Shown piece after piece: positions 40,270-53,794 of a DNA stretch of 64,000 bases (within the stretch, counting starts at the first letter, position 1; each line of letters begins with the position of its first letter). The position numbers and the translations under genes were made by a program. The DNA lies in assembly GCA_038496445.1 (NCBI GenBank), contig JALMLS010000369.1, forward strand, positions 124,001-188,000, in the 5' to 3' direction. The stretch comes from Trichosphaerium sp. ATCC 40318 (lineage: Eukaryota > Protista > Tubulinea). Under the pieces are notes generated by a model. That model made no database searches. It saw only the letters and a list, made by a program, of their open reading frames with translations, and was not told the DNA's origin.

Positions 40270-41802
40270 TTAATAGTAACCTAGCAAGTTAGCAACATCC
40301 TCGCGAATGTGTAATACTTGAATGGTTGGCCTTCCTGAGAACCTAGCCATGAACGATCCTTGTACTGGTTGCATATCAGTTACAGTTACACTGCCTGAAC
40401 AGCGCCATAGTATTGTTGCTTTTTGATACATACTATTCCCTTCACAATTTACGGAAATTGTAGCAGATTGCGCCTTCCCTACTCCTGGCCAAAAAGGAAA
40501 CTTTGCATAATGAGAGCGAAATATTGTCTCTGATACTGCTGTTCTCGCTCCTTCTAAGCGTTGATCACTTCGAAATGTGTTAGTATCCTCAATTTTAAAG
40601 GAAAATCTTACTCGTTGATCTTGTTCAAGTACTCAGAGATTGCAGAACCATAGTCCTGCCACGTTTTAACATTGCCTTGGCCATTTACTTTGAGAGACAC
40701 TTTGGTCGTAATTTCGAACGCTTGCACGGCACCAGTTTTCTGGTACTTCTTGAGCGCGTTTTGGGCAGTTGTTATTGCAGTAGATGCTTTTTGGTTTTTG
40801 TTTGTTCGTGAAACCTCATCGTTCATTCGCTTCATAACTTTCTTTAGAGCTAATTTATCTGCCCGAGTGTATTTGAACACCAAGTTATTATATGGGTTTG
40901 CTACATCCAATATCAACGGTCTAAGGAGGTTAATACACAACAGCGAAAGAAGTGAGAAAAATAGAGTCTTTTAAAAAATCACGTGGCGTACTTTTTGGAC
41001 TTTAATGTTTTGGGAATATACTTTCTATAATTGCCATCCTTGTTCAAGATAATGTGAATGTTTTCAAAGTCTTCAACTGCCTCCAATGCGAGGTATGCTA
41101 ATGATTGAATATCTTTCGGATTATATTTCTCGTTCACGTGCAAAGTAATAAGCTCTAAAATATAAGCTCTAGGATTTCCTTTGTTATTATGTTCCTCGCG
41201 CTTTTTTTTTACTTTTCGGATGAATTCGCGGACGTGTGGTTTGCTGTTTCTCAATGCATCCCTCATGAACTGAACTGCTTTCTTAGCAAAGTGCGATGAG
41301 AACACATGCTTCCTACGCCAAGAAAACTGTTGTATCTCTTTCCAGACTAGAGGCCAATAGCTGTTACCATATTTTTGTACTAAACAAAAACAATGTTAGA
41401 TACGCTTTAGCCACCACAAAAGTTACCTTCGTGCGCTGCTGTGGGTAGCAAGTCAATTTTAACAGTTGTGCTGCCTCTAGTAGCTTCGAATTGAACAGCG
41501 TATGGAGTACAATGTAAATTACGTATGTTGAGATGACCCAAGTGCGTTTGTAGTACATTGGCTACCTTTTCGACAAGTTTTTTCATTAAAATCTCTGAGA
41601 GACTTTGTCTCTTTGTTTTGCTTAAATACAATACTAGATCATAGTCTGAGGATTCAATATCTGTTTTTTTACCTTTTGAACCCGCCTTTAATAAATCAGT
41701 AGCTATAACTCTTCATTTACTTACTTTAAACAGTTCCATAACTGAAAAGTGATGGCGGAGACCTTGACCAAGCTCGTGTATTATACTCCCTGCAGACGTC
41801 AT
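40270..41802 (-). CDS. 2'-5'-oligoadenylate synthetase-like (OAS/cGAS/CD-NTase superfamily) nucleotidyltransferase with an extra C-terminal domain
   Basis: Spliced: ...ELFK|AGSKGKKTDIESSDYDLVLY (GS + DxD), VKIDLLPT (third Asp), FIRKVK...PRAYILELIT, RPLILDVANPYNNL (OAS C-domain P.ILDPA.P.NN hallmark), then ~190 aa more to stop 40270. Confidence 0.85.
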
Positions 41803-41929
41803 GTGGTTTTATAACTGATGTTGGTAGTAAAAAGATACGACGAAAAAATCAGTGTAAAGAAGTTTGTCAAATTAGGTCAAAATGAAATGTGATGATATTT
41901 TCCGTGGTCTTTTTCATTTTATGGGAAAC

Positions 41930-43751
<1,822 letters not shown>

Positions 43752-44066
43752 TAAAGAAACTAGAGGTGTACTTATTGAATACATCACTTCCTTTGCTGTT
43801 ATAAAACAGTGTACGCCGGTAAATAAGATTTTGAATAAAATACGCGTTAGTGTCAATCTTTACTCAGGAGTTACAAATAACCCTATCTTAATCTCGTCCT
43901 ATCACAAAAACACATGTGACTTAATTTCAAGCTAAGCTGCGTACTCATACAACCCGAACTTCTTCGGAGAAGCAAACGCGAGTGTCACGTGACTCGTGAT
44001 TATTTCTACAAGGGATTTAGTATCTAAGGTTAATTTGATTAAAAATCGTTTAATTTGAAAATTACT

Positions 44067-47000
44067 ATGCATGCTGTAGGCACGTGTTTATTTTATTAAT
44101 ATATTGGCGGACTTTAACTAGGTTAGTTAAATCAGGAAATCTGTTGCTATTAGTCTTTGCGAATCTTTTTGTTGTAGCATACTCGGCTGCTACACAGTTT
44201 GAGAGAGCAGGAGAGGCTGTTATGTATGGAAACAGTTCAAGAATTGTAAGTTCAAGAGCGTAACCCAAACAGAAGCCTAATGTATCTACAGCCTGCGCAG
44301 TTTGGCTTTTTTGGAGCTACCTCAAGTACAGCTGACACTGTTCCTATATTTGTTCGTGCCTATTTCAGTAGGCAACAAGGTGTAAAGCACTTTTTGGATA
44401 GCTGGACCTCGTCTTCGGCAAGTAGTTTACCAAATTCAGTTTTAATCATTCGTAGAATGCGATAGAACAGCATACAGCCTGTGAAAGTGAGTGTCTCACA
44501 CGCGTGAAACCTGGTGTAATATTAACGGAGAGCCCGTTCAATACGGGAGGATGGTCTATTAAAGAAGAAACACATGGTGTGCTTATCAAACATCGAGGAA
44601 CATCATTCGAAATGTTAAACACGTACTAAAGTGATTGTTTTTTAGTTGCCTATGCTTACCAATAAAAGCACTCGATTTCGAAGACCACCTCACCCTGGCT
44701 TGTTTGGCACCTTTTTCGATGTTATAGAAATATACGTTATTGAAGGGACGCTTGCTATTGCCAGGTAAGCGAAATTACAGTTACTTATGGATTGTTGATC
44801 ACTGTTCAAAGGCTTGTATTCTCTGATGGTATAATTATTGATATGATTCAAGTGGAAGATTCGTTTGATATGCCGACAGTAGCTAATTGTAGTGGTGCTC
44901 TTTGCGTTGATACAACCGATTTAATGTTTGGTAAGTTAATGTTCCTATTATGAGGTGCATTTACGCTTTGTAGTTGTTGATGCTTCTCAAAATGTGTTGA
45001 GTGATGAAAATTGTGAGGAAAGAGGTAAACGCGGAAAAGTTATTGTATTAACTCAAATTCAAGGATCAATGTGTACTCAAGGGCCTGGTGGATATGGTTC
45101 TTTCAATAGAGCATCATACGAAGAGTGTTGCACACACTTAAACTGGGACTTGTACTTTCAATTTATGATTGATGTGATCACTCCACTCAAACTTGGAGAG
45201 TATGGATATCGTACTGGTATCACGTTGTATCGAGATACAGCTCAAGTTGTATTGCCTTTGGGGAGTCACTCCAAATCTTACTTTCTCGAGCAACTCAACA
45301 ATACTCGATCGGTAAACTTAGTAGGCGGATGCCACAATGTCACAACCGGTAAGCATGATTCCCAACTTATAAGTATTTTTGTGTAATGTTAAATGTTGTC
45401 AAGGCCTTTCGGTTGCACGTGATCATTTCGATAGCCACGGAAGAAATGGACGAAATAAAAAAGTGATGATTGTCAATCAATACCATGGTTCCAAATGTGC
45501 TGGTTTTGATTCAAATGACAATATCACAAACACTCTCGAATCTGAGGTATCAAAGCAACATAATTTATATGGTATTGAGAAAATATAGGGATTTACAATT
45601 CACTCAATTTCAATCGGATCAACAGACTCCAATCTTCTACCACTTCCAAATACCGTCAATATCACAAACGCCATATTTCTGTCATCACGTGTTTTACCAA
45701 TTATTTCACCTCAAATATGTAAACGTGAGTAGAAAGAAAGCGCTTCTTTGTCACTTCTTCATTTTAATACTCTCCATAGAAGTACGAAGTTTGTGCGGCT
45801 CAACATGCAAAGCAGAATGTACATGCAAACAAGAATGTACATGTCAGAATGCCGGATGCGATGACGCAAATATATGTACAGCAAACAAATGCCGAAGTCC
45901 AGACGAAGGATGTCATTATCCTCAAAATGATATCTTCCCAAACCTTGATGGGCCAAACATACAATGTACACTTTTAGTTTGTTGTAGTGTTTGACAATTT
46001 GTTTAGGTGGCTCACATTCTTTTTGTAATCCAGATTTTTCATTATTTTTTGTACCACTTAAGGACTGTCAAAGTCGTATGCATTTAACCCCGTACTTTGT
46101 TAGCTGCTAATTTTTTTAAAAGCACCAAACGAATGTTTTTATAGCCTTCCATTTGAGTGCAGTGACTCTATAGCAATCCCATGTGACAGTCCTTGTCCTT
46201 CTGGCGATATATGTAACCTATCGTACTGTGATATATCAACTGGAACCTGCGTTACTGAAAAAAGAGTTCCTGGATCACCTGCATTTGTTTGTGAAGAAGG
46301 AGGATCACATACATTGGATTATTGTGACACAAACACTACCAACGAGTTTCCTGTTTCTAATAAGTTTCCAGGGTGTAAAACTGTGAATCTGTCAGATGTA
46401 CGCTAATGTACTTTATATCTTCACAAACCATAACTCTAGATATGCCAAGAACAAACACCACCATGTATGATATACAACCCAAACATAACAAGTTGGCACT
46501 TGGCTCCATTTCAAATTCCAGAAGCTCCAAATCAAACATTCTACAATCCAGAATGCATCTACGAACCTGATCCAAATTGTTTCAGTGATATACTCCCTCT
46601 CGCACCCACAACAATACCTCCCACAACCTCATCACCTACAACTACTCCACCGACAACACTACCTCCGACAACAAGTGCACCACCGACTTCAGCAACTATT
46701 GCAACAACTATCCCTTCATCTGGCGCTGAGTCCTCGGGGTCGTCAGTTGTTGGTACGACAAGGCATCTGATGATTAAAATCTAATTAGATGTAGTGATAG
46801 TAGTTGCGTGCGTTGTAGTTTTTCTACTACTGTTTGTTGTTGTTGGCCTTTTCATTTGTAACTACCATGTTCGTGGAAAACGTAAAGGCCAACCACAAGT
46901 GACAAGTATGACATCTGCTTCCTTGAAAGCAGGAGAGGATGCTCAAGTGTCACCTTATGGTTTTCTACCGGAACGGCTTTCAACTGTAGACGTTAATCTA

Positions 47001-48080
47001 AAATCTGTGAATATTAACTACGAGGACTTGATATTTGGCAAACAACTTGGTTTGTTTTAAAAAGAATGTATATGCGCTTAAACTATTTTTTAGGTGAGGG
47101 CAGTTTTGGGACCGTTATGCAAGCCGAGTACAAAGGAAAGAATGTTGCTGTCAAGATATCAAGCCTTGGCGCTGAAGAGAATCAGAATTTTTTAAGAGAG
47201 GTTAGTGAGACTTTGTTATGCCATTAACTATTGTTCACAGGTTGAAGTAAATATGAGTCTTGATCCTCATCCAAATATTGTTGGCACTTTTGGACTTTGT
47301 TTCCTGGATGGAAAACCAATGTTGGTATTGGAGTTTATGGCAAATGGATCGCTGGAAGAATTGTATAACACAAAGGAAGATGACTTTACATTCAATGAAA
47401 TCAAAACGTTTTTAAGTTCAATTGCAGAAGGGATGACTTTTCTTCATAAAAATAAGATCATTCATCGGTACGTTTAGGTTGCTTATTGATTGGGTTAATG
47501 ACATTGATTTAGGGATCTTGCATGCAGAAATATCTTGGTAGACAATTCCAATTAACCAACAAAACTGACCTTGTGTTTCTAGATATCAGAAGATAACGTT
47601 CTCAAGATAAGTGATTTTGGAATGTCAAGGTAAATATTCCGAAGGTAAATATTAGCATTGTCACTAATTTGGTTCAGAAAATCAGCAATCTCAGGAAAAG
47701 CACAAGAGACGAAGAACGGTATTGGACCAATTCGATGGATGAGTCCAGAGTCCATGCGAAAGTTGTATGAACCTAAAAGTGATGTAAGTCCAAACGCACT
47801 TCCAACAATATTGTTAATGGTTTCGCAGGTTTGGTCATTTGGAATGGTGATGTATGAGCTCATTTACAGGACAATTCCTTTTGGAGAAGTAGATGATTTG
47901 TTCGATCTTGCTGTTCGTATCAGAGATAAAGGATATACACCTGAATTGGATGATCGTGTTCATCAGCAATGGAAGAGTATCATGGATAACTGCTGGGCAT
48001 TTTCTTCTTCTGATAGACCAACTTTCAATAAGTTAAAAACATCCATTAGTAACGCAACTCAGTTCGTAACTAATGAGTAG
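44067..48080 (+). CDS. Receptor tyrosine kinase copy 2 (same architecture as copy 1)
   Basis: Signal peptide, DLMF|VVDASQN VWA, CDDANICTANKC, PTT stalk, TM IVVACVVVFLLLFVVVGLFIC, kinase GEGSFG/HRDLACRN/DFG/GPIRWMSPES. Confidence 0.9.
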
Positions 48081-48162
48081 CTTTAACCTGTGGCAGAATA
48101 GTACTTTTACTTTTCTTTTGCTAAGGTACTGTACCTTGTTGCTTATGTTGTAACAGCCCTTA

Positions 48163-50781
48163 ATGAGCATCACGTGGTACTTGTATGTACTCACTATCGT
48201 GTTACTTTTCCCTCAAACGCTTCAGCAACGTTATGTAAATAAAATATCAAAATCAGTGCGAGTATGTTGCCTGTAGCCTTACTACGCTTAAATAACGATA
48301 AAAATAGGGATTTAAAGAGTCACAAGCTCTAAGTATATACAGCGCTTCTGAAAATCCGCTAGCAGTGCCTCAAGATGTTTTCTCGGCGATGTATGAAGAC
48401 AATATAGCGTTATGGGGAGATATGCCAAAGAAAGACGCTTACGTTAATTATATGCGAACACAAACTGGAAATGTTGATAGCGCGAGGTAACTAATCACGT
48501 GACATATCAAAAAAAATTTTGAGAATTCCACGTGTAACGAAAAGGTTAAAAATTTTTTTAGGTTGCTTTTGGAATTCGGCATGGTTCCTTCTGTGAAAGC
48601 TTCGCAGTCTCCACTGCATGTTGCCATTGCAAAGGAGAGTGTTGACACTGTTGAAGAAATCCTTGAACAAAGTACGTGTTTGCAAAATTCACGTGATTAA
48701 TTGTTATTCGAAGGCACAAGTGTAGTTGTTATAGATCAAGCGGAGGATGATGGTGTAACGCCGTTAATATCAGCTGTTATGGTTGGCAACGTTGAGGTTG
48801 TCAAATTACTGCTTGGAGAGGTTCGTCAAATCCCTTGAGGATACGTTTGTTTTAATTTAACTGTAGGGTTCAGATACAGAAGCAACTGCAAGAAATGGTA
48901 TGAACCCTTTATTAGTTGCAGCGTCTATGAATCATGTTGAAGTTATAGAAGCACTTCTAGGTACTAGCCCACATAACATTATAGTTATTTAATCCAAATG
49001 TAGACTATGGCGCGTATATTGATGCAAGGCATTCATTTGCTGGATCTCACGCTCTTCACTTCGCTGCAGAAATGGATTGTGCTGAAGGTATTAGTAACAT
49101 TAGCTTATATTCAATGTTGTTTCTTACATTTAGCCAGCAATTAAAGTGCTTTGCGAAAGGGGAGCAGACGTTGAAGCTGAGAAAATTCATGGAGGCACAG
49201 CTCTTCATATTGCAGCTGAATCGAATCACCCTAAGGTTGTAAAAGAATTAATCACAACATGTAAGGCGGATACAGAGAAAAAGCTATTGAATGACACAAC
49301 ACGTACGCTCAAACAAGATCTCTACCTCAATCTTACAACAAAAAAGCATTGTATCTTGCAGCTTCAAAAGGAAATGTTGAGGTTGTAAAAATCCTCTTAG
49401 AACATCAAGCTAATACCGACTTTGTCATGCCAGTTGGTACTACTCTTGTAAAACTGAATGGTTTTAATGATATTCGATTCAGGTGTAATGTCACGTGCTG
49501 TTACTGCTCCGAAAGAAAAGGCTAAAAAAAATAGCATGGAAGAGTACTTTGCTTCACTTCATAACCCAGGTTCTAGTCCTTCCAGTAACAGTTTTGAAGC
49601 TGGTAATGGCGCTACTGCACTTCACGCAGCAGTTGAGAATGGTCATATAAAGGTAGTGAAGTTACTGCTTGATCATGGCGCACGGCAGTTACAGTCTATG
49701 GAAGGTACAGCCAATTAAAAATCTATTATTCTGATCTTCTAACATAGGAGCGACTCCACTTCATATCGCTGCACAGTATAATAGGCCAAAAATTGCAAAA
49801 CTGTTGATTAATAGTGGTGCCCAACTAAATGCACAGAGTACTCGAGATGGATCAACTGCGATACATATGGCTATGAGATCAAGCAAGGCACTCGTTGTAT
49901 TTCTTGGTTTTTTCTGATTGTCTTTACTAGAGTGTTTTGAAAGTACTATTAGATTCTGGAGCGGAGGTGTCTGTCCCAACGTTTGAAGGAGTTACAGCGC
50001 TTCACATGGCATTACATAGATCGCAGGATCAATTGGCGATAAAGTTTATTAAAGCTGGGGCAAACTTGAATGCAATGACATTACAAGGATACACTCCCCT
50101 TCATCTTGCTGTTGAAAGATCCGATCCTGGATTGGTTAAAATGATGCTTTCAAAAGGAGCAGACACTGAAAAGGTAAAGAAAAGCTTAGAATAACAAAGC
50201 AAAGAAGTGAAGACTTCGAATTCATCTCTCATAGTATTGTCTACTAACTTTAAGTCAGAAAACAGAGCAAGGCTTAACGCCTTTGATAATGGCAGTACGA
50301 TCTAATAATCCAAAAACTTTGTTAGTATTGCTCAAGCACGGTGCCAACACCGAAACAAAAATTGGTATGAAAGCAACAGCACTTCATCTTGCTGTTCAAA
50401 AGAAATATGAGAGTATTGTAAGATTGCTTGTTAAGTACAATGCAAACATTAATGCGAGATTGACAACTGGCCAAACACCTCTTTTCATTGCTTCAGAAGA
50501 TGGATTAGTTAATGTCGTCAAGTTGCTTTTGAAGAAGGGAGTGCGAGCTATAGATGTAAGAAATTCAGCAGGGCTGACGCCATATATGATGGCAGTAGCA
50601 AACCGTACGCTTAGAGGTGAAATAACACGTGTACACTTACAATATTTCAGGTCATTTTGAAGTTGCTGATCTCTTACTTAAAGCTGGTGCTGATAGAAAT
50701 GCAGTGGATAAAAAGGGACGAAGCATTGAAGAATTAATAATGCGAAAAAACATAGTGAAGCGCAATAGTGTCAAAACCTAA
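48163..50781 (+). CDS. Ankyrin-repeat protein (>12 repeats) with predicted N-terminal signal peptide/anchor
   Basis: Many G.TPLH.A/G.TALH.A repeats; spliced N-terminus MSITWYLYVLTIVLLFPQTLQQRYV...|GFKESQ reads open into the ankyrin exons. Confidence 0.85.
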
Positions 50782-50825
50782 TAATCTATTTACTGTTCAC
50801 ATTTTTGTGGTTTGTTATCTTTTTT

Positions 50826-53055
50826 CTATCTCCACAATAGTTCTATGGCGAGCACACAAACCAATAAAATAAAATGTACACCTAGAGCTGTTAAATACAT
50901 TACGTTATATACACGTACCAACAGTCGAACAAGAAGACGGTGGACCTTTTGTTGGCGCGGTAGTAGATATCGGCGGTACAGTCATCGGTGACATAGTAGC
51001 AGGTGAAAGCGTTGTTGGAGATACAGTATTTTGAGAACCAGTTGGAGGTATTGTACCTACACATGTGTAAATAAACCATAGGTGTTGAAAGACGTACAAT
51101 TTAAGCTCAATGGGAAGATATCATTTTGTGGAAAGTAACATCCTTCGTCTGGACTTCGACATTCGTTTGCTGTACACGAATTTGTGTCGTCGCATCTAGC
51201 ATTCTGACATGTACATTCTTGATTGCAAGTGCATTCTGCTTTGCATGCTGGGCCACACAAACTTCGTACTTCTGTTCCTGTGTAGTGTTAACCAAACGGT
51301 GAATGGTATTTTTCGTTACCTTGACATAATTCACTTTTAAAGGCCCGTAAAACACTTGATATAATGCTAATACGTGCAATGTTAATGTTGAAAGAAAATG
51401 GTAACACTTTATTAATTCCAATTCCGATTGTCAGTGAGTAAAGTGCAAATCCCTATTTTTTCTCAATAAATAAAATTGTGTTGCTTTGATACCTCAGATT
51501 CGAGAGTGTTTGTGATATTGTCATTTGAATCAAAACCATCACATTTGGAACCACGATATTGATTGACAATCATCACTTTTTTATTTCGTCCATTTCTACC
51601 ATATTTATCGAAATGATCACGTGCAACCGAAAGACCTTGAAATACAAATATTAGATTCAACAACTCCGGTGAAATAACAAATCTACCTGTTGTAACATCA
51701 TCACATCCTCCCAGTAAGTTGATAGTACGAATGTTGTTGAGTTGTTCAAGAAAGTAAGATTTGGAGTGGCTCCCCAAAGGCAATACAACTTGAGCTGTAT
51801 CTCGATACAACGTGATACCAGTACGATATCCATACTCTCCAAGTTTGAGTGGAGTGATCACATCAATCATAAATTGAAAGTACAAGTCCCAGTTTAAGTG
51901 TGTGCAACACTCTTCGAGTGATGATCTATTGAAATAACCATATCCACCGCTAGGCCCTTGACTACACTCGGATGCTAATGTATTTTTGTTAAGTAACAAA
52001 TAAATAAGGCTCTATTTATACCTGCTGTACCACACGTCAAAGTGTGTAAGACATTTTGAGAAGCACCAACAACTACAAAGCGTAAACACACTTGTGGAGA
52101 TGAATAAGTTAAAAGTTGTAAGAACTGACCAAACATCAAATCTGTTGTATCAATGCAAAGGGCATCAGTACAATTATCCATTACTGGAAAGTTGCTGGAT
52201 GTTGGACTCCCAATATCAACAATAACATCATCTGAAAATACAATCCTATTTTCAAAAAATGAGTGACAACGAGACTAACACTTTATAATGCAATACGCTT
52301 CTCCTTACCTGGCTAGTTCCGTTGTTCCTTCAATGTAGTATAACTCTACAACATCTAAAAATGTACCAAATACACTTAGATCCCGTTCTCTTTGGAACCG
52401 AGTCCTTTAATAAGCAACAATTAGCATCACAATAATCCAAAATACCAAACTGTTGTACGTATTTACAACAATGTGAGAAGGTAATGTTGATCGATGCTTG
52501 ATTGTCACGTGGTGCGTTTCTTCTTTGTCAAGCCATGACATGGCATCAAATGGGTTCTCACTCAGACCGATATTGTCTTTCACTCGTCTGAGGCATTGAG
52601 TTTCGCATACTGTGTACTGTACAAGCGACCTCTAAGAACGATTAAAATAGAAGTTGTAATAAATAGTCGACATGCCGAAGAAGATGACCAGTTTTCTCCA
52701 AAGTACTTCTCAGTACTTTCTCTATTGAAGTAGACGTCTGCAGTTTCGATAGTATCATTTTGACTAAACACGTGATACCCAAAAGATCCATATTGTACAG
52801 CCTTGAAAGCACGTGTCAGTTGGTCAACGTTTAATGGATATTTAAAGCGCGCCGTAAAACTGTACGTACAATACTTGTATTTTTTCCATACATAACGGCT
52901 TCTGTGTCAAGATCATAGCTTGATGCGTCTACCATAAACTGTAACAAGACTGACAATATTATTATTTGTAAGGCACCTAATCAGCGGTATGTTATACTCA
53001 ACATGGATACAATCGTGGTTGTTCTACTTATACACAACGTACGTATCGAATACAT
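50826..53055 (-). CDS. Receptor-family copy 3: kinase-less short ectodomain (N-domain, VWA, one Cys repeat, stalk), predicted GPI anchor
   Basis: Signal peptide MYSIR|ALQIIILSVLLQFMVDAS; VWA paralogous to copies 1/2; ends PSSCSTV|GVHFILLVCVLAIELLWR* with no cytoplasmic domain. Confidence 0.8.
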
Positions 53056-53071
53056 GTGAACAATCTTTTTT

Positions 53072-53707
53072 ATGAATGAAGATGTGGAACATTTCAAGCG
53101 TTTGGTTGGACTGAACAAGACTGTCAATATCGAAGGACACAATAGGCAACAACAACAACAATGGCGAGTAGCAATCAAAACAACAACAGCAATGCAAAAA
53201 GACTTAAAGTGGTGGCATGATATGATGGACCTATGGAATGGTAAGGCAATTTTACTATGTCCATTACCATTATCAAAAGGTTTGTTTCAAACAGACGCTT
53301 CAAACATAGCAGCAGGCGCGTTTTTAAATGGTTCATGGCTTATCCATGTCTTTACAAAAGAAGAAAAAAAATGGCATATCAATGTTAAGGAGATGTATGC
53401 GGTGTGGATGGCAATAAAAGAATGGAAACACTTATTTGCCAATAAACTTATCAACAATTTATTAGTGGATAATACAGGAGTAGTTGCATCAGTCAACAGA
53501 CTGGTAATGCGCAATTCCAGAGCTATGAAGATGATATACGATCTGCATAAATGGTCGGCAGCATTCGGATTCCGGCTTACTGCAACTTGGATTCCCTCAG
53601 AAGAAAATACCCTTGCTGACGCTTTAAGTAGACTGCAAACACAACAATTTTATACCAAAGCAAATCAATTAGGCTTTTTTAATGTAACAGGACGTTTTAT
53701 TAAATAA
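53072..53707 (+). CDS. DIRS/Ngaro-type RNase H with upstream RT-RH tether
   Basis: DLKWW...WNG tether; FQTDAS, HINVKEM, VDNTG, WIPSEENTLADALSR (D-E-D-D catalytic set). Confidence 0.9.
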   Translation: MNEDVEHFKRLVGLNKTVNIEGHNRQQQQQWRVAIKTTTAMQKDLKWWHDMMDLWNGKAILLCPLPLSKGLFQTDASNIAAGAFLNGSWLIHVFTKEEKKWHINVKEMYAVWMAIKEWKHLFANKLINNLLVDNTGVVASVNRLVMRNSRAMKMIYDLHKWSAAFGFRLTATWIPSEENTLADALSRLQTQQFYTKANQLGFFNVTGRFIK

Positions 53708-53794
53708 ATTTATTTAGAATTCTTAACAGAAGTACAAAACAAACGTATTAGAATCCTGCGAGAGGCCTATCCCAGAAGTACAAGCAATAATAGA

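Noticed and set aside
48163-50781. Ankyrin protein as an RNase L-like effector for the nearby OAS-like gene
   Set aside because: It ends right after the ankyrin repeats with no pseudokinase or KEN RNase domain, and it appears to have a signal peptide; proximity alone is weak evidence in a eukaryote
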